From: Cyanophora paradoxa CCMP329
Taxonomy: Eukaryota > Plantae > Glaucophyta
Length of the DNA stretch: 64,000 nucleotides
Assembly: GCA_004431415.1 (NCBI GenBank)
Contig: QPMI01000136.1
Span: forward strand, 124,001 to 188,000
Direction of reading: 5' to 3'
Position 1 is the first letter of the stretch. Each line of letters opens with the position of its first letter. Position numbers and translations under genes: made by a program. Of this stretch, positions 10,665 through 19,914 are shown in pieces. The notes under the pieces were generated by a model. That model did no database searches. It was not told the origin of the DNA and saw only the letters and a list, made by a program, of their open reading frames with translations.

Positions 10665-10995
10665 ATGTCGCAGTTGATGCCATAGCTCAGATTGAAAAGT
10701 ACTTGCCGTTGATGCGGGACAAAAAGTATCACTTGTTGCGATTGGAGATAAGCCGAGCACACAAACAAACATAGGTTTTCTGCAAGCTTACCGCCGATTT
10801 GGTCCTGACGGAATCAAAAAGGAGCTCGCAACCAAAAACACAACTTGGTATCAGCGAAGAGAGAATTACATTAAGAGGCGACTGGGAGGGCGTAATGGAG
10901 CACCATTTTGGGAGAAAGATAAATCTGGCAGAACTATTCCAACACGTCTTGGACTCTCTCTGATTTCCTGGGCATTCATGCCGCCGCCTAATTAA
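10665..10995 (+). CDS. Cryptic hypothetical viral protein (not in ORF track), two 1-nt frameshifts
   Basis: Reconstructed MSQLMPIAQIEKYLPLMRDKKVSLVAIG...GFLQAYRRF...WYQRRENYIKRR...PTRLGLSLISWAFMPPPN; starts after the same TATAT..AAAAATG context as neighbouring genes. Confidence 0.6.
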
Positions 10996-12469
10996 TGTAA
11001 CGTCCCCGGAAATCAAGCCGGAATGCATTCACATTTATAAATTCGTTTGTTATAATTTGCACATAGTTATATACCTGTGGGGTGATCAAATGCGAGTCAC
11101 TATGCATTAGATCGAAGCCTGTCATTGTTGGGTTCGCAGCAAGCACATTTGCTAGGACTGTGTTTTCAAATAGTGCCCGTCTCGTAAATATCCTAAGTTG
11201 GTCAGAATGCTGAAATTAAATAGGACTCCGGCAGCAAAGGCTGGCCCATACATAATGATTTGATGTAGCTCAAAAGGCTTGGGAAACTCGACTTTGATCC
11301 AGGGATTAGGTAAAGTGCCACCCTGAAACCTGTTGAGTTGGGTCGCACGTGAGAAGGTGGGTGCAATTCCTCGAAGTCGTTGCTTGTGATATTCGCATCT
11401 GGAATTATAAACAGTTGACATCAAATGGAGGCTCAACTGTTAAAGTAGACGATATGATAAGTCTCTCATCGTTCAGTAGGTCGTAGTTCGCCAATAGAAA
11501 ACTGCAGAGTGCATTTATTTTAGCATTTATTTCGATTTGTTTCAGCCATAAGTCAGTTGTGGAAATCAAATAAGAAAAATTCGATGGAGAGGCATCATCA
11601 AGCTTGCTCATGACTGCAGCTGGCAGCGGAACACTTAAACGCCAGTATCTAGTTAGATTCCTATCTGCATCAACTGGAAGCAGTTCCTGCATTTGAAAGT
11701 GCGATTCCAGCTCGCTACCTGACATTAGCATAGAAATGATTGGGCTGCCTGAGAGGGATAGGATCTAGCCCAGAGCGCCCCAGCCTGACGTCTCCGAATT
11801 CGAAAAGCCTGCAGTTAATTGCTCACTGGCTTGGACCTCACCACAGCTAATGCTCACAAGAACAATTGGATCTTCTGCATCGTAAATTTTACTGGCGTGG
11901 CTGAGTGCAGCAACTGAGGGATTATTCAAACAGGCTATCGCCCCGTCAACAAGGTTTTTGTCCCCTAGAACCTTCGGTGGAAAGAATGTAGGCGCTGCAG
12001 AAGATGCTCTCACTGCATCACGAATCAGCGTGCTTGAATATGGCCCATCCTTCGTAAAAACTACTGGCTGCATCCGAACTGTATCAAACGCTGTAATTAA
12101 TATGTCTTTTGTCGATTCTGCAATTGTGTAGTCCAGGGCAACGTCTGTAAGCACCGACTCCAGAGGATTTGCATCATAGCGGCTTCCTGAGAGCAAGCTT
12201 GTCAGTGATCTTGGATTTGCAAATATTGTTGGCAGGTTCGTTTGATATAGACTCAAGATATCACCTGCAGAATATCGGTAAGCAAGAACAGAGCCTGGAG
12301 TTGATGGGATCGCCAATCCGGCCGCTATTATTGCCCCTGTTGAGGTGCCTGCAAAGAAATCAAACAGCTGTGGTATTGCTTTCCCAGTAATCGCCTCAAT
12401 CCGCTGTAGAATTCGGGCTATGACTATTCCACGAGCACCTCCACCTGATAGTGAGAGAATGACCTTCAT
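10988..12469 (-). pseudogene. Patatin-like phospholipase fused to C-terminal discoidin (F5/8 type C)-like domain; one in-frame TAG and three frameshifts
   Basis: GGGARG, GTSTG, SSAAPTFF, DGA. WGALG*ILS continues in frame into 11405-11731. Then IIPDANITS...HPPSHVR, PWIKVEFPKPFELHQI and AFRLDFRG in successive frames. Confidence 0.8.
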
Positions 12470-12494
12470 TTTTTAAAAGGGGGCTTATATAAAA

Positions 12495-15400
12495 ATGTCC
12501 TACATCTTGAAGAAGCCAGTGCCACTTCGTAAAGCTCCAGATCTCGTGGATGATCGACACATAAATATTCGCGTATTTGGGAGTACTCTAATTGACTACA
12601 ATGCTGACAAAGATATACACCAGACCGAGTTTAATCGCCCAGCTGCGTTAATTCTGCGCAACTCACATGTTGGCGCCCCAGATATTGCACAGAGATTTTG
12701 TCTAGGTCCAGCTGAGAACTTTGTGGCCGAAATAATCGGATCCAGGGCATTGCCACGACACCTGCGCATTGCCTCCTCAGGCACAGTTTCCAAGTATGAT
12801 TCTGGTAGATTAATATTTAGGCTCCAAAATGATAGAGGGGTCCACACATCAGCTCTACGCCTAATTGACGAATCTAATGCTGTCACAAACAAGACTGCAG
12901 CCCAAATTACGGGGCGAATTCTCCTTGGCGAAGATGCAGGAATATCAGTGCTAGCATCGCAAATCCAGCCTTTTCCATACGATTTACTATATACTGCTGC
13001 ACGAGAAGCAAATATTTTGTACGGTTTCGATGTTAATCAAATAAATACCGAGCCAGCCACCAGGTTAGATTTTCCTGGATGCACCTTTGGCTCGATCCTG
13101 ATGGAAGCTGATAGGCACCTGCTCCCGGCATTACATGACAGCTACGATCTAGGGCTTCGCACCAGGCAGTGGCGAAATATTCACGGCACGTCGATTTACC
13201 AAGATGGAAAAAAGGTCATCACTGAACCGGAGATAATAAACATTTTCAACTACTACTTCGGACCTATTGTCCCTATACCACCTATACCACCTCTTCCAGG
13301 GCTACCGAAGCCAAACCCTGAAGGGCCAGGTCGTGAGAGAGTTGCAGATGAAACAATTCCATTCGGGCAAAATATTATTTCGTGGGAGGCTGTCAGGAAT
13401 CGCCCCGTGATAGAACGCTATAAGCATCCGCATGAAGAATACCTGCCGCCTGATATTGAAGTTTTCCCGCTCGAAATGTACACAGAGCCTGAAGAGCAGT
13501 TACTTCCTGATGGCTTAGATGTTCAAGAACTCCAGTACGAGCAACCTGTGATTCCACATGAGCAGCTGCTTCCAGACGGCTTTGAACCTATTCTCTTCCC
13601 CTTGGAGTTCACCGTAGATTGGGAATCAATAACCAATAAACCTGGGAGTTTTCCACCAGAGGAACACAGGCATGATTGGGATGAAATCGATAATAAACCG
13701 TTGCGGTTTCCCCCAGAGGATCACAGACATGATTGGGCTGAGATCGATAATAAGCCTTTACGGTTCCCCCCAGAGGATCATAGACACGACTGGGGTGACC
13801 TTGATAATGTTCCGCTTGAATTTCCACCTGAGGATCACAGACATGTTTGGAGAGAGATCGATGAGCAACCCGAGTTCGCAAAGTCAGAGCTTCCTGTCAC
13901 ACTTGCTGTCTCTCTATACAAATCAATCAACACCCCTGAAAGGTTATATTTGAATGAACACTATGTCCACAGGCAGGGAATTCGTGCCAACACTGACATG
14001 TCAGGCTCTTTGTTTGTACGGATTCCCCGCGGAATGGAGATAGTTGCTGCAGGTGGAAATATTGGCTTGCAGGACACGTTCCCAAGTATTTATGTCACAA
14101 ACTACTACGCCTCTGACATCGAAATGACATCTGTTCTACCTCCTTTGCCTTCACTGCCGTTGGATCCTCTCTCCCATGCTGATTTTCATTCTGCAATCCA
14201 AATTAATGTAACAGATGTTAGCGATTTAGATTCATCGAGACCGAAATTGGTATTTAGCCGTGAACGCCTTTTACCCAATGCTCTGATAGGAAACCGAGAC
14301 GATTATAAGAAATGTGAAATAGCATGGATAAAGACGAATTATAATGGTGGAGTTGGCGAGGGTGTTTTAGAAATAAATCAGAGGGCAGCAGCAAAGAACA
14401 TTCACAACGAGACTATATCCAGAGTGGTCACAGAGGATTTCCTTCAAGCTCAAAACTATGTAGATGAAACAGAGCTCGCTTTAGTTATTGCAGGTCTAGC
14501 TGTGACTGGGAATTACCTGCCCTTGACAGGAGGAACTATTGATGGAACAGTGACTGCTGACAACTTTTTTGTTCACACTGAAAGTGATCAAACCTTCCCT
14601 GTGGTTCACCCAGGAGCTGAGTACGAGATTCCTATTGATCCAGCTATTATGCCCATAAAAATCGATCTCCCTTCCGATTATGTTGGACGGGGTGAACTGA
14701 AAATAATCTCTTTCACAGGAGATTATAATGATCTTTTAAACAAGCCTACTGCTGAGAACCTTCACCCTGTTGCCTATTCAGGAAATTTCCTCCATTTAAA
14801 TAATAGGGCACACACCCACACAAAGGCAGAGATCACAGATTTTGCTCACACTCACACCAAGTCCCAAATAACAGATTTTGCACACTATCACACCCGAGCA
14901 GATATAACTAATTTTGCTCACACTCATTTTAAATCTGAGATAACAGATTTTGCTCACACTCACACTAAGTCACAGATTACAGATTTTGCACACACTCATG
15001 TCAAGAGTGAGATTACAGATTTTGCACACACTCATGTCAAGAGTGAGATTACAGATTTTGCTCACACTCATGTCAAGAGTGAGATTACAGACTTTGCTCA
15101 TACTCATACCAAATCCCAAATTACAGACTTTGCACATACCCATGTTTGGGTAGATATAACAGATAGACCTACTTTGGATCCATTTACAGCTACTACTATA
15201 AGAGCCAACAACACAATGTATGTAGGATCGGGTCAGATTGTAGAACCAGCAGGACCTATGTTTGATGAAACATGGTTTTTCCACAATTCACAAAACTACT
15301 TTGATCAGACCCTACTTGTGAGAGGAAATGGTTATGCAAGAAACTTTTATGCTATGAACCCCACAGATAGCACCACTATTAGTAGATGTATTACAGAAGC

Positions 15401-15725
15401 AGATCTTACCAGTCAACTTAATGCATATTTTAATGGGAAAATAAAAGCAGGAAAGTATATTTACACTACTCCTGTTTTGAACTACAATAATTTATATGTG
15501 TTCAATCTAACCATCTATTTCAGCAGTGCCTTTACTTCTCCTCCTGTTGTAACAGCAACAGTAAGACATGAAGGACAAGCGAACGCTACAACACCTGTTA
15601 TATTTACTGTGAACCTGTTAAATGTTTATAGTGACCATTTCACATGTGAACTTTTCACTGATCCATACGCAATGGAAAATTCAGCAAAAACCGTAACAAT
15701 CCATTACATTGCTGTCGCAATTTAA
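12495..15725 (+). CDS. Large phage-like tail-fibre protein with HxH repeats and C-terminal lectin-like head
   Basis: 1076 aa; YDLG...QWRNI, YLPLTGGTIDG, GDYNDLLNKP, 19-aa and 12-aa His repeats, C-terminal YFSSAFTSPPVVTATV (H-type lectin/gp53-like). Confidence 0.85.
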   Translation: MSYILKKPVPLRKAPDLVDDRHINIRVFGSTLIDYNADKDIHQTEFNRPAALILRNSHVGAPDIAQRFCLGPAENFVAEIIGSRALPRHLRIASSGTVSKYDSGRLIFRLQNDRGVHTSALRLIDESNAVTNKTAAQITGRILLGEDAGISVLASQIQPFPYDLLYTAAREANILYGFDVNQINTEPATRLDFPGCTFGSILMEADRHLLPALHDSYDLGLRTRQWRNIHGTSIYQDGKKVITEPEIINIFNYYFGPIVPIPPIPPLPGLPKPNPEGPGRERVADETIPFGQNIISWEAVRNRPVIERYKHPHEEYLPPDIEVFPLEMYTEPEEQLLPDGLDVQELQYEQPVIPHEQLLPDGFEPILFPLEFTVDWESITNKPGSFPPEEHRHDWDEIDNKPLRFPPEDHRHDWAEIDNKPLRFPPEDHRHDWGDLDNVPLEFPPEDHRHVWREIDEQPEFAKSELPVTLAVSLYKSINTPERLYLNEHYVHRQGIRANTDMSGSLFVRIPRGMEIVAAGGNIGLQDTFPSIYVTNYYASDIEMTSVLPPLPSLPLDPLSHADFHSAIQINVTDVSDLDSSRPKLVFSRERLLPNALIGNRDDYKKCEIAWIKTNYNGGVGEGVLEINQRAAAKNIHNETISRVVTEDFLQAQNYVDETELALVIAGLAVTGNYLPLTGGTIDGTVTADNFFVHTESDQTFPVVHPGAEYEIPIDPAIMPIKIDLPSDYVGRGELKIISFTGDYNDLLNKPTAENLHPVAYSGNFLHLNNRAHTHTKAEITDFAHTHTKSQITDFAHYHTRADITNFAHTHFKSEITDFAHTHTKSQITDFAHTHVKSEITDFAHTHVKSEITDFAHTHVKSEITDFAHTHTKSQITDFAHTHVWVDITDRPTLDPFTATTIRANNTMYVGSGQIVEPAGPMFDETWFFHNSQNYFDQTLLVRGNGYARNFYAMNPTDSTTISRCITEADLTSQLNAYFNGKIKAGKYIYTTPVLNYNNLYVFNLTIYFSSAFTSPPVVTATVRHEGQANATTPVIFTVNLLNVYSDHFTCELFTDPYAMENSAKTVTIHYIAVAI
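13614..13875 (+). repeat. 57-bp coding tandem repeat (~4.5 x HRHDWxEIDNKPxxFPPED)
   Basis: Visible in both DNA and translation. Confidence 0.9.
14811..15170 (+). repeat. 36-bp coding tandem repeat (10 x HTHxKSxITDFA)
   Basis: Ten consecutive units, several DNA-identical (cacactcatgtcaagagtgagattacagattttgc). Confidence 0.95.
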
Positions 15726-15744
15726 CTATTTCGTAAATATAAAG

Positions 15745-16791
15745 ATGACATCTCAATTAGAAATCCCAAATTACGAACTTGCCGCGAAATCACTCCATAG
15801 CACCTCTCATGAAGTATTTGATTCTTTACCTGGTAATATTTGCACTGAAACATCAAGCAATACCTCTTTCACAGAGAACAATGTACTGAGAGTCAAAGAA
15901 ATTCGATGTGATCGCAATAATGGTAAGATAAGAACCACAGGTATTATTATCTCTAATAAAAATCAAGTTCAAGCGGGTCAAGTAGTCCCCGATTCAGCAA
16001 TATATGATAATGTGGGTGGATTCACCACAGCAAAAATAGTAACTTTCGACAACACAATAAATAATTCGGCTCTTGTAGTAAAGAGTGGAGGAGCATACTT
16101 TGGAGAGGCATTAAAGGTGAATGGAACAGTAACAGCATCCATACTAAATGCTGGAAGTGGAATATTTGAGAGTCCAATAAATTTTGAGGGTGGATATAAT
16201 GCGAATAGTTTTTCAGTTGGTGTTGGTGTCTTTTCCACAATGGTAAACACACCTGAAATTGAAACAACAGATGCTTTAAATATAAAGAGAAATGCAGTGG
16301 TTACAGCAACCATAAACAATGTCTCCCCTTCAATAAATCTAATTAAATATCTGAAAGCTCCTCACCCTCGGTTTTGTATTGTTAATTATTCAACATCAGC
16401 AGTTACTGTGGGAACTTCATCAACAGCAAGGAGATTTGCTTTTAATAGATCTCTTGTAGATGCAAGCAATAATATCACATTATCCACAGGCACCTTTACA
16501 GCACCTGTGTCCGGAATTTATAGATTCTTCTTCATTGTTCAAATGTCAACAGCTTCATCAACAGGGGAGTGTAGAGTTGCATTTAGAAAGAATGATTTGG
16601 CTCTTTCCCCTCAATCGGTTCAAGAATTTTCAACTTACAATGGAAGGCGAAGTGTTCACATGGAGGCTTCTTTTGCTGTATATGCGAACGAATTTGTGAA
16701 TGTTATACAAACCTGGACATCGTCCATGCAATATGATGCTACAATACAAGGTATTACCTGTTTTGGGGGGCATCTCATCAGTAGACTATAA
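15745..16791 (+). CDS. Fibre/spike paralogue 1 with C-terminal C1q domain
   Basis: Shared N-terminal domain (EIRCDRNNGKIRTT, ALVVKSGGA); C1q motif TGTFTAPVSGIYRFFF, ending FGGHLI; ATG at 15745. Confidence 0.85.
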   Translation: MTSQLEIPNYELAAKSLHSTSHEVFDSLPGNICTETSSNTSFTENNVLRVKEIRCDRNNGKIRTTGIIISNKNQVQAGQVVPDSAIYDNVGGFTTAKIVTFDNTINNSALVVKSGGAYFGEALKVNGTVTASILNAGSGIFESPINFEGGYNANSFSVGVGVFSTMVNTPEIETTDALNIKRNAVVTATINNVSPSINLIKYLKAPHPRFCIVNYSTSAVTVGTSSTARRFAFNRSLVDASNNITLSTGTFTAPVSGIYRFFFIVQMSTASSTGECRVAFRKNDLALSPQSVQEFSTYNGRRSVHMEASFAVYANEFVNVIQTWTSSMQYDATIQGITCFGGHLISRL

Positions 16792-16813
16792 ACTTTTTGT
16801 AGGGACTTTATAG

Positions 16814-17836
16814 ATGGCTACCCAAATCGCAGTTCCTGTTTTCTGTTATGCAGCGCCTAAATTGCATCAACTGAACCACACAGTAACAGATGCAATACCT
16901 GGGTTTATATGCACAGAGACCACAGGGGCTGATTCGTTTACTCAAAATTCGATTATCAGATGCAAGGAGATTCGATGTGATAGAAATGCTGGAAAAATAA
17001 GAACCACACAATTAATCGTAAGTAACAAGAATCAGGTTTTAACAGGTGGTGTAGTTGCTGATGCAGCTATTTATGATGATGCAGGTGGGGTGACCACACC
17101 ACAGATTGTTACTTTTGATGGGACAGAAAATAATGCAGCACTTGTAGTTAAATCAGGTGGAGCATGGATAGGTTCGGGAGCTTTTGTTAATGGAACACTC
17201 TCAGCTACAAATGTTTCAATTTCAGGAACAACAACATTTACAGGTGTTGTGAATGCAAATGGTGGGCTTTTTGTTCCTACTTATACAGTCCCTGTGATGA
17301 CCACAACCACAAAGATACAAACACCTGAAATAGATACAGGAGCAAATGTAGATTTGATTCTGAAACGAAATAGCACAGAAGTCGCACGAATTGATGCAGG
17401 GGGTCTTACAATCGCAGCAAACTTTTATTTGAAGCAAGAAACCCAACCTCGATTTTGTGTTGGGTTTGGTATAGCAACAAGAAGTGGAGTATATGGGCGC
17501 CTTACGAATTGGTTGCATGAATTCTTTGATAATACCAACTCATTCGATGTAGTAGAAGGGAAATTTACAGCGCCTATTAGTGGAGATTATAGATTCTCTC
17601 TTAATTCTTATAGTATTGTTACCTCATCTGCGAGTGTAGATCTGAAAGTAAATGATGCAAATGTTTCAACAGAATTCAATTTTAAGGTGAACAACTCTCA
17701 AACAGTAACCAACAAAACAATCAATTTGAGCGCAATACTTAGACTTGGAGCCGGGGATAATGTCTCTATTTATGCTGTTGATACTTACATTTCAGAATTC
17801 ACAACGTTTAGTGGCGAATTGCTGAGCATAATTTAA
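16814..17836 (+). CDS. Fibre/spike paralogue 2 with C-terminal C1q domain
   Basis: EIRCDRNAGKIRTT, ALVVKSGGA; FDVVEGKFTAPISGDYRFSL, LRLGAGDNVSI, TFSGELL. Confidence 0.87.
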   Translation: MATQIAVPVFCYAAPKLHQLNHTVTDAIPGFICTETTGADSFTQNSIIRCKEIRCDRNAGKIRTTQLIVSNKNQVLTGGVVADAAIYDDAGGVTTPQIVTFDGTENNAALVVKSGGAWIGSGAFVNGTLSATNVSISGTTTFTGVVNANGGLFVPTYTVPVMTTTTKIQTPEIDTGANVDLILKRNSTEVARIDAGGLTIAANFYLKQETQPRFCVGFGIATRSGVYGRLTNWLHEFFDNTNSFDVVEGKFTAPISGDYRFSLNSYSIVTSSASVDLKVNDANVSTEFNFKVNNSQTVTNKTINLSAILRLGAGDNVSIYAVDTYISEFTTFSGELLSII

Positions 17837-17856
17837 TTATCTACATGTAATATAGA

Positions 17857-18123
17857 ATGTCGAATATATACCAAGTGGTTCTATCTGATATTGAAAAGTT
17901 GGGAATGGAATATTGCGCTTTATCTGTTCAGGATTGGATTGATAATGCTGTTCACAATAGGGCAAGAATTGCAATTGATGAGATTGTTCAGAAAGAAATT
18001 CAATCTTGCATCTCATCAGGAGTTCAAATACCAACCTCAAAGGAAGCCATTGTGTCACAGGCATTCCAAAGGGGAACTGTAAAGAAAGGCATCGAGTATA
18101 ATAATGTCACAGAAGAGCAGTGA
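17857..18123 (+). CDS. Small phage-like protein, candidate fibre chaperone/partner
   Basis: VQDWIDNAVHNRARIAIDEIV...IPTSKEAIV motif, recalled from small ORFs adjacent to C1q fibre genes in marine tailed phages (not searched). Confidence 0.65.
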   Translation: MSNIYQVVLSDIEKLGMEYCALSVQDWIDNAVHNRARIAIDEIVQKEIQSCISSGVQIPTSKEAIVSQAFQRGTVKKGIEYNNVTEEQ

Positions 18124-18171
18124 AGCTATAGCTTGTCTGCAGCCTATTTTTTTCTCTCGCATTTCTATCAA

Positions 18172-19020
18172 ATGACCGAGTACAATCGGGTTCAGCTACC
18201 TATCTACTCACTGGGCTCCCCAGCCATCCATATGAGGCAGCATGAAGTTAGCGATGCTATTGCGGGATTAGAGTCCACTGAGCGTCCAAACTCAACTAAT
18301 GCATTTGATCAACGATCTGTGATTCGGTGTAAAGAATTGCGCGCAGATAAAAACTCTGGGGTTGTAAAAACAACGCGATTATTAGTCACTAATGCAAATT
18401 TTTCCCAGCCCATAACAGGGGGAGTTGATTCGTACAGTGTTGACCTCCGAAGCATAAACTATGATCAAAACACTGCTGCCCTCACTGTGCGCTCCGGGGG
18501 AGCAGCTATTACTGGAGCTTGCCGTGTTAGTGGAGGACTATCATCATCGATTGCCATCAATGATGTTCCAGACTTTTCATTAGAGAATGTCGAAAATCGT
18601 AAACGAGTTCGAATGTACTTACCTTGCTGTGACCTCCCCTATGCACAAGCTCTAGTAGAAGTTGAGATAACCATAGCAAATTCAAGTACACCAAATGGTC
18701 TGGATGGTGAGAGGTTGCTTTCAAACAGAGAAATACCGAAGGCACTTCAATCACTCTGTCAGGATCAAAATGATCAGATAGGGCATGTGTATACGTTCTT
18801 TGTGCAAGGTCTTGGGCATGCTGGCCGGGGATACGTAGTTCGTAATATCAATACAAGGCATCTTTTCGATTTATATGCTACCGCTATAGGCAGATATTCT
18901 ATCCTAATAATCGGATATCGCTCCGATGTAGCTGCATCAGCGGCCACTAGAGGACTGAACCCTGATCCAGCACTCAATAATATGTATGAGGAGAACAATC
19001 CAGAAAATCCTATAGCTTGA
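18172..19020 (+). CDS. Fibre/spike paralogue 3, non-C1q C-terminus
   Basis: ELRADKNSGVVKTT, ALTVRSGGA; C-terminal RVRMYLP...YSILIIGYRSDV; ATG at 18172. Confidence 0.78.
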   Translation: MTEYNRVQLPIYSLGSPAIHMRQHEVSDAIAGLESTERPNSTNAFDQRSVIRCKELRADKNSGVVKTTRLLVTNANFSQPITGGVDSYSVDLRSINYDQNTAALTVRSGGAAITGACRVSGGLSSSIAINDVPDFSLENVENRKRVRMYLPCCDLPYAQALVEVEITIANSSTPNGLDGERLLSNREIPKALQSLCQDQNDQIGHVYTFFVQGLGHAGRGYVVRNINTRHLFDLYATAIGRYSILIIGYRSDVAASAATRGLNPDPALNNMYEENNPENPIA

Positions 19021-19048
19021 GTGAAAGTTTTATCTTCTGTTTTCTAAA

Positions 19049-19882
19049 ATGGAAGCTGTTGAAAGAATTGTTGTTCCCTCTTTGACACTAGCAGCCCCAG
19101 CAAATCACGTCCTCCAGCATGCTGTCTCAGACGACGTGCCTGGTCTGCAATCAACTGAGCAGCAGCCAACTCTAAATACCTTCCGGGAGAATCACATATT
19201 ACGTTTAGGCGAGGTTCGATGCGACAAAAATAATGGGACAATAAAAACAACAAGTCTCCTTGTAACCAATGCAAACTTTAATTCAAATTATGGGGATCCT
19301 GATAGCTATGACGATGCTAATAAGGTCAATACTTTTACCTTTGAATCAAGAACAGGTGCCGTCACCTGCAGATTTGGAGGTGCTTATATTGGCGATGGTC
19401 TGAGAGTAGGCGGCGCTGCTTGTGCTCCTATATTTGTTAATGATCAACCTAACCCTGAAAACACAAATGAAAGAATTCGAACCTATGTGCCTTCTATGAA
19501 TTCGCCTTACATTATTAAACTATTCACCCTAAACATAAATGAGCAAACATCGATTGTAGATAACGTTCAGCCACTCGGAAATCATTTCAAGAGTGTTGTT
19601 GATATTCCCCCGGATGTCTACTTCCTTTGTAGAAGGAATGATGCTCTCCGGCCAAACATAGCTGTTTTGATCAATCCTATCGATAATTTTGGTGTCGCTT
19701 TCCATTCGACTCCAGTTGGGGTTGAAGATTACCAGTTTATTGTGAGGGCCACGCTAATGGGTGCCTACAAAATTATTCTATTTGCTGAAAGAACAGATGT
19801 GATTGCAAGCGGGGTCAAGTATGGTGAGACCTTCAATTCGAATCGTTACTTTCCAATTGGAGGGGCTGATCCCAACCCATAG
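19049..19882 (+). CDS. Fibre/spike paralogue 4, non-C1q C-terminus
   Basis: EVRCDKNNGTIKTT, AVTCRFGGAYIG; C-terminal RIRTYVP...YKIILFAERTDV, similar to paralogue 3. Confidence 0.78.
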   Translation: MEAVERIVVPSLTLAAPANHVLQHAVSDDVPGLQSTEQQPTLNTFRENHILRLGEVRCDKNNGTIKTTSLLVTNANFNSNYGDPDSYDDANKVNTFTFESRTGAVTCRFGGAYIGDGLRVGGAACAPIFVNDQPNPENTNERIRTYVPSMNSPYIIKLFTLNINEQTSIVDNVQPLGNHFKSVVDIPPDVYFLCRRNDALRPNIAVLINPIDNFGVAFHSTPVGVEDYQFIVRATLMGAYKIILFAERTDVIASGVKYGETFNSNRYFPIGGADPNP

Positions 19883-19914
19883 AATCTTTGTTTTTATATA
19901 TATTACCCTTGTAG

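Noticed and set aside
9160-11420. Programmed ribosomal frameshifting in penton/patatin genes
   Set aside because: No consistent slippery heptamers; too many events; single-base homopolymer loss is simpler
11765-11767. TAG reassignment or alternative genetic code in the virus
   Set aside because: TAG ends other viral ORFs normally (e.g. MCP, 19882) and long ORFs contain no internal TAG
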